Part shown: positions 8,074 to 17,220 of the stretch, in pieces | Layout: the number at the start of each line of letters is the position of its first letter | Numbering within the stretch: the first letter of the stretch is position 1 | IMG/VR virus record: IMGVR_UViG_3300032274_000031 | Location: 1-33,999 of that record | Source: a virus | Taxonomy: Duplodnaviria > Caudoviricetes | Length of the DNA: 33,999 nt | Direction: 5' to 3' (one strand) | Made by a program: the position numbers and the translations under genes | The notes under the pieces: model-generated | Database searches by the model: none | Told to the model about the DNA's origin: nothing | Seen by the model: the letters and a program-made list of their open reading frames with translations, nothing else

Positions 8074-10613
8074 TGAGCATTATCGAGTGTCTGCGTGATG
8101 CAGCCAAACAAGGCGAGTTAGATCTTGCCTATGTTGAGGAGTATGCGGCCGATACACAAGATCTGCTGGAAAACCTAGAAAAAGACCGATTTAAAAACAT
8201 GGATCCGCAAGCGGCAGAAGCCTTCGCCATCCAGGCCGCGCTTAAACACCAAAGAGAAGATGCAGCCCGCAAACGAACGAACAGCATTAAACAGGCGGTC
8301 ATCGTCGCTGGTCATCGCAATTACATGGACGCGTACCGGGTGGGTGAGGAAAAGACCCCTGCCCTACGCCGTGCGCTCAATAAGGTGCGGTCAATCCTGG
8401 GGGTTCCTGCAAAGGTGGCCAAGTCCGCACACGTGGGCCGCGCCGCCATGTCGTTGTTAACACGTGATGTGTTTGATCAATCAGGCGTCCGCAATGTGGA
8501 GATCCAGCATAAAGCCGTGCTGGGTCAAATTCATTCGCGGGCGGAAGCGTTTTTATCAGAAAGTCGGCCGCGCTGGGCGGGACTAACGCGCAAGCTGGAT
8601 CCGGACAACCTGGTTAAGGAACTGTTTGGAGAAAGTACCGGTGATGAGGCGGCAAAGCTGGCAAGTGAGGCCTGGCGCACGGCCGCGGAATATGCCCGCA
8701 AACGGTTTAACCTGGCGGGTGGTGATATCAAGTTTCGCCTGGATTGGGGGTTGCCTCAAACTCACGATCAATTGAGCGTTGCCGATGTGGATAGAAATCA
8801 GTGGGTTGACTACATTCTCCCCCTGCTCGACCGGAAACAGATGATTGATCCTATGACTGGGGCGCCCTACTCCGATGCGCGCCTGGTTGATGGTCTGCAC
8901 GTTGCTTACGACAACATTTCAACCGGCGGCTTGGCGACAAAGAAGCTCGGGCAAAAGGGCAATAAAAAAGGCCTGGCCAATACCCACCAAGAAGTGCGCG
9001 AATTTATCTTTTTAGATGGTGATAGCTGGAAGACATACCAGCAACGTTTCGGATCCGCGGACATATACGAAAGCATGAATAATCACCTGGACAACCTGGC
9101 GTCTGAAATCGCGCGCATGGAAGTGTTAGGGCCTAATCCAGATGCGACGGTGGCTTTCATGATTGATTACGTCAAATTAGATGCTTCCGGTAAAGGCCGC
9201 GCCGCGCATGATGCGTCAACCGGCATGATTAACGCCATTCAGGGCGTTTATGGAGAATTGACCGGGGAAAGCCGGGTGGCTGCACATGCCGGATGGGCGC
9301 GTGGATTTCAGGCGGTGCGAAGCATGTTAACATCCGCGCAATTGGGATCCGCCATTTTTCCGGCAATCTTTGGGGATATGGCCACACAACGGATAACGCG
9401 CGGGTTCAACGGTTTGCCCGTTATGACCCGAGATATTCCGCAGCTGCTTAAATTGATGATCCCGCAAACCATTGAAGATCAAAAGTTCGCAGTGCGCGCG
9501 GGCCTGGTTGCGGACAACTGGACGGGATCCGCGCTGGCCATGCGCCGCTATACCGGTGAAATCATGGGGCCTAAGTGGGCTAACTTATTTGCAGATGTCA
9601 CGTTGCGGGTGTCTGGGTTGTCGCCGTTTACACAGGCCGGGCGGTGGGCGTTCGGGTTGGAATTTCTCGGACACCTGGGCGATTTCAAAGGCAAAATGTT
9701 TGACGATATGCCCGTGGCCACACAAGCCGCATTAGAGCGCTACGGGATTAAACCGAGCGATTGGCAGAAAGCGAGCACCATAGATCTGTTGAACCATAAA
9801 GGATCTGAGTTTTTGGACGTGGTTGCCATGGACGAAAAGTTTCCGGATGTTGCGCGCAAGCTGCAACAAATGATTTTATCAGAAACGGAATTCGCGGTGC
9901 CGTCTGGATCCGCTCGGGTTCGCCATCAATTGCGGGGTGGCACCAAACCCGGATCCTTCGTTGGTGAGTTGGTGAACTCGGTGGCCATGTATAAGACGTT
10001 TCCGGTTTCAATTATCCATTTGCATATCATGCGGGGATTGCAGCTAGATACAAATTTGAAATCTCTAAGATATCTTTCTAATTTCTTTATTTCGGCAACG
10101 GTTATGGGTGCGTTTGCCTGGCAGGCGAAGCGATTAAGCAAGGGGCAAGACCCGCAACCGATGAACACCCCGGAATTTCTCATGCAAGCCATGATACAAG
10201 GCGGCGGCCTGGGCATGTTCGGGGATTTCGTTTTGGCTGACACAAATCGTTATGGTTACTCCCTGGGCGAACAGGTGGCCGGGCCGGTGGTTAACTTCCT
10301 CGGCGATGTGTCGCGCCTGACATCGGGCAACATCAGAGAATTGACGATGGGTGAAGACACCGGGTTCGCGGCGGAAGCGGTCAAATTCACAAAAAGATAT
10401 CAGCCGATGGGATCACTTTGGTTTAGCCGGGCTGCCATGGAACATATGGTTTATGACCAGTTGGAGCGCTGGGCGGATCCTAACGCCCCTTCCCGCTGGC
10501 GTCGTTATGAGCGTTCATTAAAAAGCCGTTCCGGTGGGGCTGGTCCCTATTGGCGGCGCGGCAAGATATTGCCCGACCGGGCACCGGATTTCAAAAAAGC
10601 GATTGGAAAATAA
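8073..10613 (+). CDS. Large internal virion/ejection protein (gp16-like position)
   Basis: 846 aa. WGLPQTHD, LGPNPDA, Q/MYKTFP, GGGLGMFGDF and GPV motifs resemble the last ejection protein of temperate podoviruses. Confidence 0.75.
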   Translation: MSIIECLRDAAKQGELDLAYVEEYAADTQDLLENLEKDRFKNMDPQAAEAFAIQAALKHQREDAARKRTNSIKQAVIVAGHRNYMDAYRVGEEKTPALRRALNKVRSILGVPAKVAKSAHVGRAAMSLLTRDVFDQSGVRNVEIQHKAVLGQIHSRAEAFLSESRPRWAGLTRKLDPDNLVKELFGESTGDEAAKLASEAWRTAAEYARKRFNLAGGDIKFRLDWGLPQTHDQLSVADVDRNQWVDYILPLLDRKQMIDPMTGAPYSDARLVDGLHVAYDNISTGGLATKKLGQKGNKKGLANTHQEVREFIFLDGDSWKTYQQRFGSADIYESMNNHLDNLASEIARMEVLGPNPDATVAFMIDYVKLDASGKGRAAHDASTGMINAIQGVYGELTGESRVAAHAGWARGFQAVRSMLTSAQLGSAIFPAIFGDMATQRITRGFNGLPVMTRDIPQLLKLMIPQTIEDQKFAVRAGLVADNWTGSALAMRRYTGEIMGPKWANLFADVTLRVSGLSPFTQAGRWAFGLEFLGHLGDFKGKMFDDMPVATQAALERYGIKPSDWQKASTIDLLNHKGSEFLDVVAMDEKFPDVARKLQQMILSETEFAVPSGSARVRHQLRGGTKPGSFVGELVNSVAMYKTFPVSIIHLHIMRGLQLDTNLKSLRYLSNFFISATVMGAFAWQAKRLSKGQDPQPMNTPEFLMQAMIQGGGLGMFGDFVLADTNRYGYSLGEQVAGPVVNFLGDVSRLTSGNIRELTMGEDTGFAAEAVKFTKRYQPMGSLWFSRAAMEHMVYDQLERWADPNAPSRWRRYERSLKSRSGGAGPYWRRGKILPDRAPDFKKAIGK
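10047..10085. repeat. GATATC-like array with 11-bp period (intragenic, degenerate)
   Basis: GATACA(10047), GAAATC(10058), GATATC(10069), AATTTC(10080), with A/T-rich 5-bp spacers. Confidence 0.55.
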
Positions 10614-10614
10614 A

Positions 10615-10965
10615 ATGGTCATGGATCTAGGCTGGTGGATTGCAGTGATTTTTATACCGGTAATCGGTGGGTTGTTCTGGATGATATGGGGCATCCGAAA
10701 AACGCAAACGGAAACGAACGAACGGGTAATAGCGACGATTAACGAAATCGCGCGGTCTATCCGGTCGGATATTATTTTAGGCGACGAGAAAAACCGGGCG
10801 CAGGTTGATGGGCTTCGTAAGGAATTATCTGACTACAAGCTCGAAGCCTCTAAAGAGTTTGTGGCCATGGAAACGTTGCGGGAATGGCGGCGGGAATTTC
10901 ACGATGATTTGTCAAAAATAAATAACAAGCTGGATCGGATGGCACCTATAGGAGCGGCAGAATAA
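10615..10965 (+). CDS. Putative holin or lysis-associated membrane protein
   Basis: ATG right after the upstream stop. One N-terminal TM helix (WWIAVIFIPVIGGLFWMIWGI) plus coiled coil; directly upstream of the endolysin candidate. Confidence 0.55.
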   Translation: MVMDLGWWIAVIFIPVIGGLFWMIWGIRKTQTETNERVIATINEIARSIRSDIILGDEKNRAQVDGLRKELSDYKLEASKEFVAMETLREWRREFHDDLSKINNKLDRMAPIGAAE

Positions 10966-11486
10966 TGAACAAGCATGATTTTTATGAAGTGATCGTCTCC
11001 CCTACCCTGGACGCCATGGGATTGCCCGGTGGTCTGGCGGCTAAACGCCTGGTGTTGGGAACGGCGTTGCATGAAAGCGGCGGCTTGCAGTTTATCCGAC
11101 AACGCACCGGTGGCCGGTCGCTCTATGGACCTGGTTTAAGTTTCTATCAATTTGAAATGGCAACCGTTGAATGGTTGGCCAATGAGTACCTGGCCCGCCG
11201 TGCGGATCTGGGAGATGCGGCGGAAAAGGCGTTTATGCAATTAAGTGATCAAGATTTGAAATGGGAAGATTTGGACCCCACGGCCTTAAAGGTGAAGCTA
11301 GAAAGCGATATGCGTTTTGCAACTGCGCTCTGTCGGCTCCGCTATTGGCCAATTCGCGAACCATTACCACAAGCAACGGATTTGCAGGGCTTGGCCCGGT
11401 ATTGGCTCAAACATTACAACGCGGGCGGAAAAGGCACGGTGAACAAGTTCGTGCGCGATGCCCGCTTTATTATGGGGGTTTATTAG
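10965..11486 (+). CDS. Putative endolysin (lysozyme/transglycosylase-like fold)
   Basis: GTALHESGG (catalytic E-S type motif), GPGLSFYQFE and YWLKHYN..GKG; position in the lysis cassette. Confidence 0.65.
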   Translation: MNKHDFYEVIVSPTLDAMGLPGGLAAKRLVLGTALHESGGLQFIRQRTGGRSLYGPGLSFYQFEMATVEWLANEYLARRADLGDAAEKAFMQLSDQDLKWEDLDPTALKVKLESDMRFATALCRLRYWPIREPLPQATDLQGLARYWLKHYNAGGKGTVNKFVRDARFIMGVY

Positions 11487-11861
11487 ATGCGACTATTAGA
11501 AGAAAGAATTCGGGTGTCGGTGATTGTTGGCGCGTTGGTTCTGTTGGCGGCGTGCGTTCCTGCCGCGGTGGGTATCGGGGTTGGTGTCAGCCTTGTGCAA
11601 GCCAGTCCGACCGTTAACCAGGCCGCGCACAAGTTGGCGGACCGTGTGGCAGAACGGATTATCCAATCAAATGGCCGGGTGGATAAGATCAGGGAAACCG
11701 TGTGTGCCCTGCCCGCTCCTGTTCGGTTGTTAGTTCGTGCCCGCGTCCTGGAACGATCTATAGGCCGGATCAATACGGCAAAGATTTGTGACACACCTGA
11801 AGCACCAGCGGATCCGGCGGTGCTCGATAGTGTGAAGGAGCCGAAAACGGATCCCGATTAA
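11487..11861 (+). CDS. Putative lipoprotein, spanin-like
   Basis: Hydrophobic leader ending in the lipobox-like LLAAC, a second hydrophobic stretch and two further Cys; follows the endolysin. Confidence 0.45.
   Translation: MRLLEERIRVSVIVGALVLLAACVPAAVGIGVGVSLVQASPTVNQAAHKLADRVAERIIQSNGRVDKIRETVCALPAPVRLLVRARVLERSIGRINTAKICDTPEAPADPAVLDSVKEPKTDPD
11802..11823. repeat. 22-bp palindromic element (in frame)
   Basis: GCACCAGCGGATCCGGCGGTGC, encoding APADPAV. Confidence 0.75.
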
Positions 11862-12583
11862 TGTTTTCCGTTCAAACGTTGGCCAGGTGTTGCGCGGCGG
11901 AATATCAACCGCCAAGCCGTGAAACCTGGCGCACCGTCTGGGGCGACGATCTCATTTCATATAATGAGGTCGCCGTGGGCGGTCATCATTGCACGGTTCT
12001 TTTGCTCTGGGTGCCAGAACATCGAAAAAAGGTGTCCTTGGTTGTCAACCGGGGCACTGAGCGGGAATTCTCCGATATCGTCACGGACATGCGGACATAT
12101 CCCTGGTACTCGAAAGACTTTGGTATTCACCATCGGGGTTTTGGCCTGGCCGCGCGTGAACTATGGGCGGCCGGGCTTGATGATCTTCTAGGAACGGAGA
12201 CGCTGCACAAACGCGATATCATATTAACCGGTCATTCGCTGGGCGGTGCGATGGCGTTATTTCAGGCGGCGTTGATGCTCAAGGCAAACCAGCGGCCGGT
12301 CTCTGTGGTGACGTTCGGCGCGCCGCGGGTTGGGTTGCCCTGGTTAGGGGTGGCAGATCTACAAGCCCGGTTGCAAAATGAAATCATCCTTCAATATGTT
12401 AATGGGGATGATATCGTTTCACGCGTACCGAGCCTGTTACCCGGTTGGCGGCATGGGGCGTCTGAGAAAAGTTTTTTATATTCGCGGCCTCATGCGTTCC
12501 ATAATCATAGAATCTCTGAGTATGTGGCGGCGCTGGGTGACGAAGGGCGGATATCTGGAAGACATCTAATAGATGTCAATTAG
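11861..12583 (+). CDS. Lipase class 3 (alpha/beta hydrolase)
   Basis: NRGT oxyanion motif, HRGF, nucleophile elbow TGHSLGG, TFGAPRVG, catalytic Asp in DDIVSRVP and His in NHRISEY. Confidence 0.92.
   Translation: MFSVQTLARCCAAEYQPPSRETWRTVWGDDLISYNEVAVGGHHCTVLLLWVPEHRKKVSLVVNRGTEREFSDIVTDMRTYPWYSKDFGIHHRGFGLAARELWAAGLDDLLGTETLHKRDIILTGHSLGGAMALFQAALMLKANQRPVSVVTFGAPRVGLPWLGVADLQARLQNEIILQYVNGDDIVSRVPSLLPGWRHGASEKSFLYSRPHAFHNHRISEYVAALGDEGRISGRHLIDVN
12550..12577. repeat. GATATC-like array with 11-bp period
   Basis: GATATC(12550), GACATC(12561), GATGTC(12572). Confidence 0.7.
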
Positions 12584-12885
12584 AGCCGTTTAACCTGCGT
12601 AGATAAATAGGGTTTTTCCGCAAGGATCTTCCGGGGGTCGTTCCATGATTTGCGACCCCCTCTTTTTTTAATATCTTCATCACGCCAAATCGAATAAAGG
12701 CGGCAACATGCCCCGTACAGTTTTAGAGCGGTGCCAAGTTTGCGGTCATTACGAAGCGCCATAAACAAATCGTAGAGTTCAGATCCGCGACTGGCGCGCC
12801 TGGTGTTGTAGGATCGGCTGCACTTGGTGTTGCAAAACGTTCCTTTGCGTTCGTGGGTATCGCCACATTCGAGACAGGTTGCCAT
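12580..12885 (-). CDS. Small basic Zn-ribbon protein of unknown function
   Basis: CLECG...FCNTKC four-Cys motif; start overlaps the MTase stop (TAATG), so it is the last gene of the par operon. Confidence 0.75.
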   Translation of the reverse strand: MATCLECGDTHERKGTFCNTKCSRSYNTRRASRGSELYDLFMALRNDRKLGTALKLYGACCRLYSIWRDEDIKKRGGRKSWNDPRKILAEKPYLSTQVKRL

Positions 12886-12937
12886 TACCGCCGGTCCTCC
12901 TGGTGCGAGAGTCCAGCACCGCCAGATATGGCGGGAT
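12885..12937. repeat. Pair of 22-bp palindromic elements flanking GAGTC at the 3' end of the MTase gene
   Basis: TTACCGCCGGTCCTCCTGGTGC-GA-GAGTC-CA-GCACCGCCAGATATGGCGGGAT. Confidence 0.8.
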
Positions 12938-13598
12938 CGGCCGCAATGGCGGATAAAATAGCCTGGCGCTCAAGTGCTGGCATTTCTTTTAAGTTGGTGG
13001 CCCATCTGTTGGCCTTCTTCCGGATGTTCTCACGCTCTCTATAGTTATCACCTATGTATTGATAATCATGCAGGGCAACCGGCGGTGCGTAATTCATCCA
13101 CAAAGTTTCCGTGGCCATGCCGCCACGGGTCGCGGCTTCATATTCGATGGTTCGGAAATCAGCCAGGGCACGGTCATAAAGATCTGATCTATACCCGGAT
13201 ATCATCACCATGCAGGGCAGGCGACAAATCAGGCCTAGCAATTGGTTGTGGTCTGCTAACGACAATTCGCAGGCGTAAAGATCGCGGTTTTGCACCCGGC
13301 GGGTTTCCATAACATAAGGCGGATCAAAATAGACGAATTCGCGACCGGTGAACTTATAGGATCCGAGCACGTCCAGGGCATCGCCATGAATGATGGTGGC
13401 CTGGTCTTTAAATTCGAAATCCAGAGCGGCGGCCTGGGGTCCGTGTTTTTCAATTAGAAGAGAAGAGGGGGCCGGGCGCATTTTGCGGAAAATGGCCGCA
13501 CCACCCGCAAAAGCTTCGATATATGTTTCATGCGGTGGGATCTGATTAATGATTGTCTGATACACACCAGCACCCGATTTACCCCCTGGATATCCCAT
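12885..13598 (-). CDS. Orphan DNA N6-adenine methyltransferase (Dam/D12-like) with C-terminal extension
   Basis: YPGGK N-terminus, SAM-binding YIEAFAGGAA, catalytic VYFDPPY, MISGY, ExLWMNY. Start moved to 13598 (GAGGT RBS). No cognate endonuclease seen. Confidence 0.92.
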   Translation of the reverse strand: MGYPGGKSGAGVYQTIINQIPPHETYIEAFAGGAAIFRKMRPAPSSLLIEKHGPQAAALDFEFKDQATIIHGDALDVLGSYKFTGREFVYFDPPYVMETRRVQNRDLYACELSLADHNQLLGLICRLPCMVMISGYRSDLYDRALADFRTIEYEAATRGGMATETLWMNYAPPVALHDYQYIGDNYRERENIRKKANRWATNLKEMPALERQAILSAIAADPAISGGAGLSHQEDRR

Positions 13599-13602
13599 TG
13601 GA

Positions 13603-13857
13603 TTAACCTCCGTCGCGGTCCAGTTTTTCGAGAATAGCTTCAATAATAAATGTGGTTACGGTCTTTGTCGGCACCAGTGATTTACCGTGTCGTTGGGTTC
13701 TGTCGTACAGATCCGGCGGTAGGCGCAGGGGGAACTGTTTGATTTGCGGCCTGGCCGGTGGGGTGTCGGCAGGCGTGGACCCCCCTTTATTGATCAGCTC
13801 GGTTATCTGCTGTTCGCTGGGCTGCACGGCTTTCGGTTTCTTTGGTAGTTTTGTCAT
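13603..13857 (-). CDS. Ribbon-helix-helix partition protein (type Ib ParB/ParG-like)
   Basis: 84 aa. Unstructured N-tail (ELINKGGS) followed by beta-alpha-alpha (KQFPLRLPPDLYDR...TVTTFIIEAILEKL); directly downstream of parA. Confidence 0.8.
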   Translation of the reverse strand: MTKLPKKPKAVQPSEQQITELINKGGSTPADTPPARPQIKQFPLRLPPDLYDRTQRHGKSLVPTKTVTTFIIEAILEKLDRDGG

Positions 13858-13890
13858 GGGTGTTTTCCGTTCATCGATATATAGCAAAAA

Positions 13891-13918
13891 GAAATCAATT
13901 TGATATCAAACTGAGTTC
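13891..13918. repeat. GATATC-like array with 11-bp period between parA and its RHH partner (parS/operator candidate)
   Basis: GAAATC(13891), GATATC(13902), GAGTTC(13913). Confidence 0.7.
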
Positions 13919-13920
13919 AT

Positions 13921-14571
13921 TCAAAAGATGGCCTTATATACGGCCTTCATTTCGGCGCGGGCCTTGGTATCGACGGGTTTAAACTCATTAATCCCAAGAC
14001 CGGCGCTTTGCGCTTTGCGGATGGCGGCGCGGGTCACAATCCGCGGCTTCATCAGTGAAAACTCTATCCCGGTTTCGTAGGTGTCCGGATCCATCAAGGC
14101 GCTGGTGGCGTCTTCTGCGTCCTGGCCGCGGGCCGGGCACTGGTTTAGGACGGCGACGGCTTTTAACTTTGGGTTCGCCTGGCGCATTTCGGACAAGATG
14201 GTATTGAGCGTTACCGTTGCCCAAACATCAAAGGTGGCAGGCATAACAGGAATTAAGAACAAATCCGCTATGGCCATTGCTGCGCGTTGGCTGGTTGTGT
14301 CACGGCCGCCAACGTCAATAATCACGTCATCATATTTAGGCGCTTGTTTCAAAATCTCAGAACGCACGAACTCACCATTTAATTGAATGGTCGTTGGCGC
14401 TGGCAGGGCAGGGGCCAAGGTTGCCCGCAATGCCATGAAGTCCAATGCGCTGGCTTGTAGATCTGCATCAACAAACAAAACGTCTTTTCGAAGCGCGCGC
14501 ATGCACGCCAGATTTACAGCAAGGGTCGATTTGCCCACACCGCCTTTAATGCCACCAATAGCTAGTATCAT
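13921..14571 (-). CDS. parA: ParA Walker-type partition ATPase (short, type Ib)
   Basis: Deviant Walker A KGGVGKST, VDADLQAS, Walker B IIDVGG, DLFLIPV; 216 aa with no N-terminal HTH. Confidence 0.95.
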   Translation of the reverse strand: MILAIGGIKGGVGKSTLAVNLACMRALRKDVLFVDADLQASALDFMALRATLAPALPAPTTIQLNGEFVRSEILKQAPKYDDVIIDVGGRDTTSQRAAMAIADLFLIPVMPATFDVWATVTLNTILSEMRQANPKLKAVAVLNQCPARGQDAEDATSALMDPDTYETGIEFSLMKPRIVTRAAIRKAQSAGLGINEFKPVDTKARAEMKAVYKAIF

Positions 14572-14600
14572 TGATTAGGTCCAATCTTCATAATTTCCCA

Positions 14601-14639
14601 GATATCAAAAAGATTTCTTTTTGATGTCGGCACGATACG
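14601..14639. promoter_or_regulatory. GATATC-like array with 11-bp period upstream of parA (operator/centromere candidate)
   Basis: GATATC-AAAAA-GATTTC-TTTTT-GATGTC-GGCAC-GATACG, 30 bp upstream of the parA ATG. Confidence 0.75.
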
Positions 14640-14892
14640 CGGATTAAATTGGACCTGTCAATAGGGCGCACACCAAAAGCGGGTAAAGGTCAAATTTCAC
14701 ACCTTTGTAGAGTAGGGGAGGGCGTCCGCGTTATCGGCTCAATTTTCCATAATTAGATATTATCCGTTTTTCAGGCACTTTGCGGCGGGTTTCTGCGGAT
14801 CAAAAAAATGGCGTTTCGGGCACGAAATGAAAAAAGCCTGGAAAAACTATATATGGTAGGTCGATGGATTTTTGCCTGTGGAAAACGCCGGA

Positions 14893-14922
14893 TTGACTTG
14901 GCCTATCGCGGACGGGTAGGAT
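14893..14922 (+). promoter_or_regulatory. Putative repA promoter overlapped by an iteron (autorepression)
   Basis: TTGACT-N18-TAGGAT with TTGGCCTATCGCGGAC at 14898-14913. Confidence 0.7.
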
Positions 14923-14953
14923 ACCACCAAATCTAGCCACCTGGGGGTGTATT

Positions 14954-16042
14954 ATGTCTGCTGGAACACAAGTAGATCTATTTTTGGACAGTCTGGTTGA
15001 CGCGCCTGTAAAGGATGACCAGAACTTAATGGAATTTCCGTTTTTCTCTCTGACTAAACAACCACGGCATGATGTGCTTGAATATGATGACGGCACAGTC
15101 AAGATCCGGGTTGAGCCAGGCACCGCGGGAATGGCGACGATTTGGGACAAGGATATTCTCATATATGTGTGTTCGTTGATTAATGAGCGGATCGAGCGCG
15201 GGTTGGATGTTTCGCAAACGGTAAGCTTCCATGTTTACGATTTTCTTAAGGTCACCGGGCGGCCGATAGGCAAAGAACATTATGAGCGGTTCGTTGATAG
15301 TTTGAAGCGCCTGGACGCCACGCGGATCCGGACCACCATTAGAACCGGTGACGAGGGCAATATTAGAACCTCGTTTGGCTGGCTGGAAAACTGGAAGGTT
15401 GAGACCAAGGACGTACCAGGGCGGCCGGAACCAGTCATGTCAGCGGTAACGCTTAAAGTCAGTGAATGGATGTTTCGGGCGATTGTGAAGGATCGCAAGG
15501 TGCTGACAATCAATTCAGACTACTTCCAGCTTAAAATGGGATTAGAGCGGCGCATATACGAACTTGCCCGTAAGCATGTGGGGCGTCAGCCTGAATGGTG
15601 GGTGGGCCTGGTCAAGCTGAAGGCCAAATGTGGATCCGTCCGCGAAATCCGGAAGTTCAAGGCCGAACTGGTAAAGATCATTGATCGCGATAGCCTGCCG
15701 GATTTTCAAATGGAACTTGTGGCGCAAACCGGTGATATGACCTACCGGACAAAGGATGGGCGCGAAATGGTGCGGTTTCGGCCGCGCGTGACCAGGCCAA
15801 GCTTAATAGATGACCTGGCGAAAAAGGCGGAACCTAAGAAAAAGCCGAGCGGTCCCGTGGAGCCGCCTAAATGCACCACAAGCGCCTATGAGATGGCGAG
15901 AGAGATGGCACCCGGCTACGACATCTATGCAATAGAGAAGAAATGGCAGGATGTGACGGTGGCAAACAACATGGTTTTAGAGCATCCAGACAAAGCGTTT
16001 CTTGGGTTTGTCCGCCTGTTTGTCGAAAAAAATCAAATTTAA
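14954..16042 (+). CDS. repA: Plasmid replication initiator RepA (RPA family)
   Basis: KDDQNLMEFPFFSLTK, GMATIWDKDILIY, DFLKVTGR and YFQL..GLERRIYELARKH.GRQ motifs; divergent from parA; iterons on both sides. Confidence 0.93.
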   Translation: MSAGTQVDLFLDSLVDAPVKDDQNLMEFPFFSLTKQPRHDVLEYDDGTVKIRVEPGTAGMATIWDKDILIYVCSLINERIERGLDVSQTVSFHVYDFLKVTGRPIGKEHYERFVDSLKRLDATRIRTTIRTGDEGNIRTSFGWLENWKVETKDVPGRPEPVMSAVTLKVSEWMFRAIVKDRKVLTINSDYFQLKMGLERRIYELARKHVGRQPEWWVGLVKLKAKCGSVREIRKFKAELVKIIDRDSLPDFQMELVAQTGDMTYRTKDGREMVRFRPRVTRPSLIDDLAKKAEPKKKPSGPVEPPKCTTSAYEMAREMAPGYDIYAIEKKWQDVTVANNMVLEHPDKAFLGFVRLFVEKNQI

Positions 16043-16055
16043 TTGAGTTATTCAC

Positions 16056-16500
16056 TGGCCTATCGCGGACGTGCGGGTCGGTTTTCCCACGCCAATAGGA
16101 TGAATTAACAGATATCGCGGACGCCTGGGCCTGGTGATCCGTTATCGCGGACGCTTGCTTGATCGAATCGGGCGGCGATATTGGCCAATAAATCCATTAA
16201 ATCGATATTTCAGGCGTTATCCCTGTGGATAAGTGCGCGCCTGGTCCTTTTTTTCTGTTGGCCTATCGCGGACATTGGACATGGCCTATCGCGGACATCC
16301 TATTGGCCTATCGCGGTCGTTTGTGTTGGCCTATCGCGGACGCAAAACAGGGGGCAAGCCATTGAAATGGTGGGGAAAATTGCGCCGCCTAACTCTATCT
16401 CTAACTACCATTTAACAAATCTAAGAAAAACAGATGTTTTATATCTATGATTTTACGAAAAATAATATGGACGAAACAGTATTGATTATGCCATCACATG
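16056..16500. repeat. Plasmid origin: iterons, DnaA box and AT-rich unwinding region
   Basis: (T)GGCCTATCGCGGAC at 16056, 16258, 16281, 16303 (1 mismatch) and 16326, the last four with 22-23 bp period; cores TATCGCGGAC at 16113 and 16143; TGTGGATAA at 16224-16232; AT-rich TAAC-repeat tract from about 16390. Confidence 0.9.
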
Positions 16501-16638
16501 AAGACACAAAGCAGACGTTAAATAGAGCCGTGTTTGATCGCTAATCCCTTGAAAATCAACAATAGACCACAAGCAGGGCTTAAAGTCCCGCTAGATGCTC
16601 GGCTGGTTGCAGGGCAAAAGCTGTGATTTTCTGCACTC

Positions 16639-16683
16639 ACCGTAAACTGACTAACCGTAAACTGATAAACCGTAAATCCGAAA
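16639..16683. repeat. 15-bp tandem repeat x3
   Basis: ACCGTAAACTGACTA / ACCGTAAACTGATAA / ACCGTAAATCCGAAA. Confidence 0.8.
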
Positions 16684-16860
16684 AATCAGAGTTACCGATT
16701 AGGGTTAAGAGGCGATGCCTGGAGCACCGCGAACTGGCGGCCGCAAACAGTGAGGTTTTCGGTCTGCAAGCAGGCCCGTGAGGCGTCGGGGGGAGGTGCC
16801 AGAATTTTATCCACCGGAAATGCTGTTGCGGTGGTATTGGGGGAATGGTAAAAAATTCAT

Positions 16861-17172
16861 ATGCAGGATCCCGCCATAAAAACCCGTGCACAATTGATTG
16901 AAGGCTGGCACCGTCGCCTTACGAACGTTGAGCAAGGCGCACAATCGGGGGCATTGGCGGATTGTCTGGCGGATTTTTATGACGACATGGAAGCGCGCAA
17001 TTTGGAACGCCAAGGGGAATGGGTTGATAACCTGGACAATCTCAGGCATTCGATTGAAAACCGATTGGCGAAGCGGGTGGTCATTGGTCTTGGGGTTATA
17101 TTGCTGATCATATCCCCGGCACTGAATGTCTGGGGCGAAGATATCGCGCGCTTTCTAAATCGGCTGTTCTAA
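16861..17172 (+). CDS. Hypothetical protein with C-terminal TM helix
   Basis: 103 aa; helical N-part and hydrophobic VVIGLGVILLIISPALNVW. Confidence 0.65.
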   Translation: MQDPAIKTRAQLIEGWHRRLTNVEQGAQSGALADCLADFYDDMEARNLERQGEWVDNLDNLRHSIENRLAKRVVIGLGVILLIISPALNVWGEDIARFLNRLF

Positions 17173-17173
17173 T

Positions 17174-17219
17174 TGTGGATAACTCACCGTTGACATGAAA
17201 TATCTAATTCAACTAACCT
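17174..17219 (+). promoter_or_regulatory. Sigma70-like promoter P1 with an upstream perfect DnaA box
   Basis: TGTGGATAA (17174-17182), TTGACA (17190)-N18-TAACCT (17214). Confidence 0.7.
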
Positions 17220-17220
17220 T

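Noticed and set aside
678-10243. Numerous antisense and alternate-frame ORFs overlapping virion genes
   Set aside because: Shadow ORFs expected in GC-rich coding DNA; no RBS or motifs.
12916-12937. Similarity of CACCGCCAGA to lambda CI/Cro operators
   Set aside because: Lambda operators are 17 bp with different symmetry; these units are 22 bp, mostly intragenic and not at a divergent immunity promoter. Binding by the Xre protein is not excluded.
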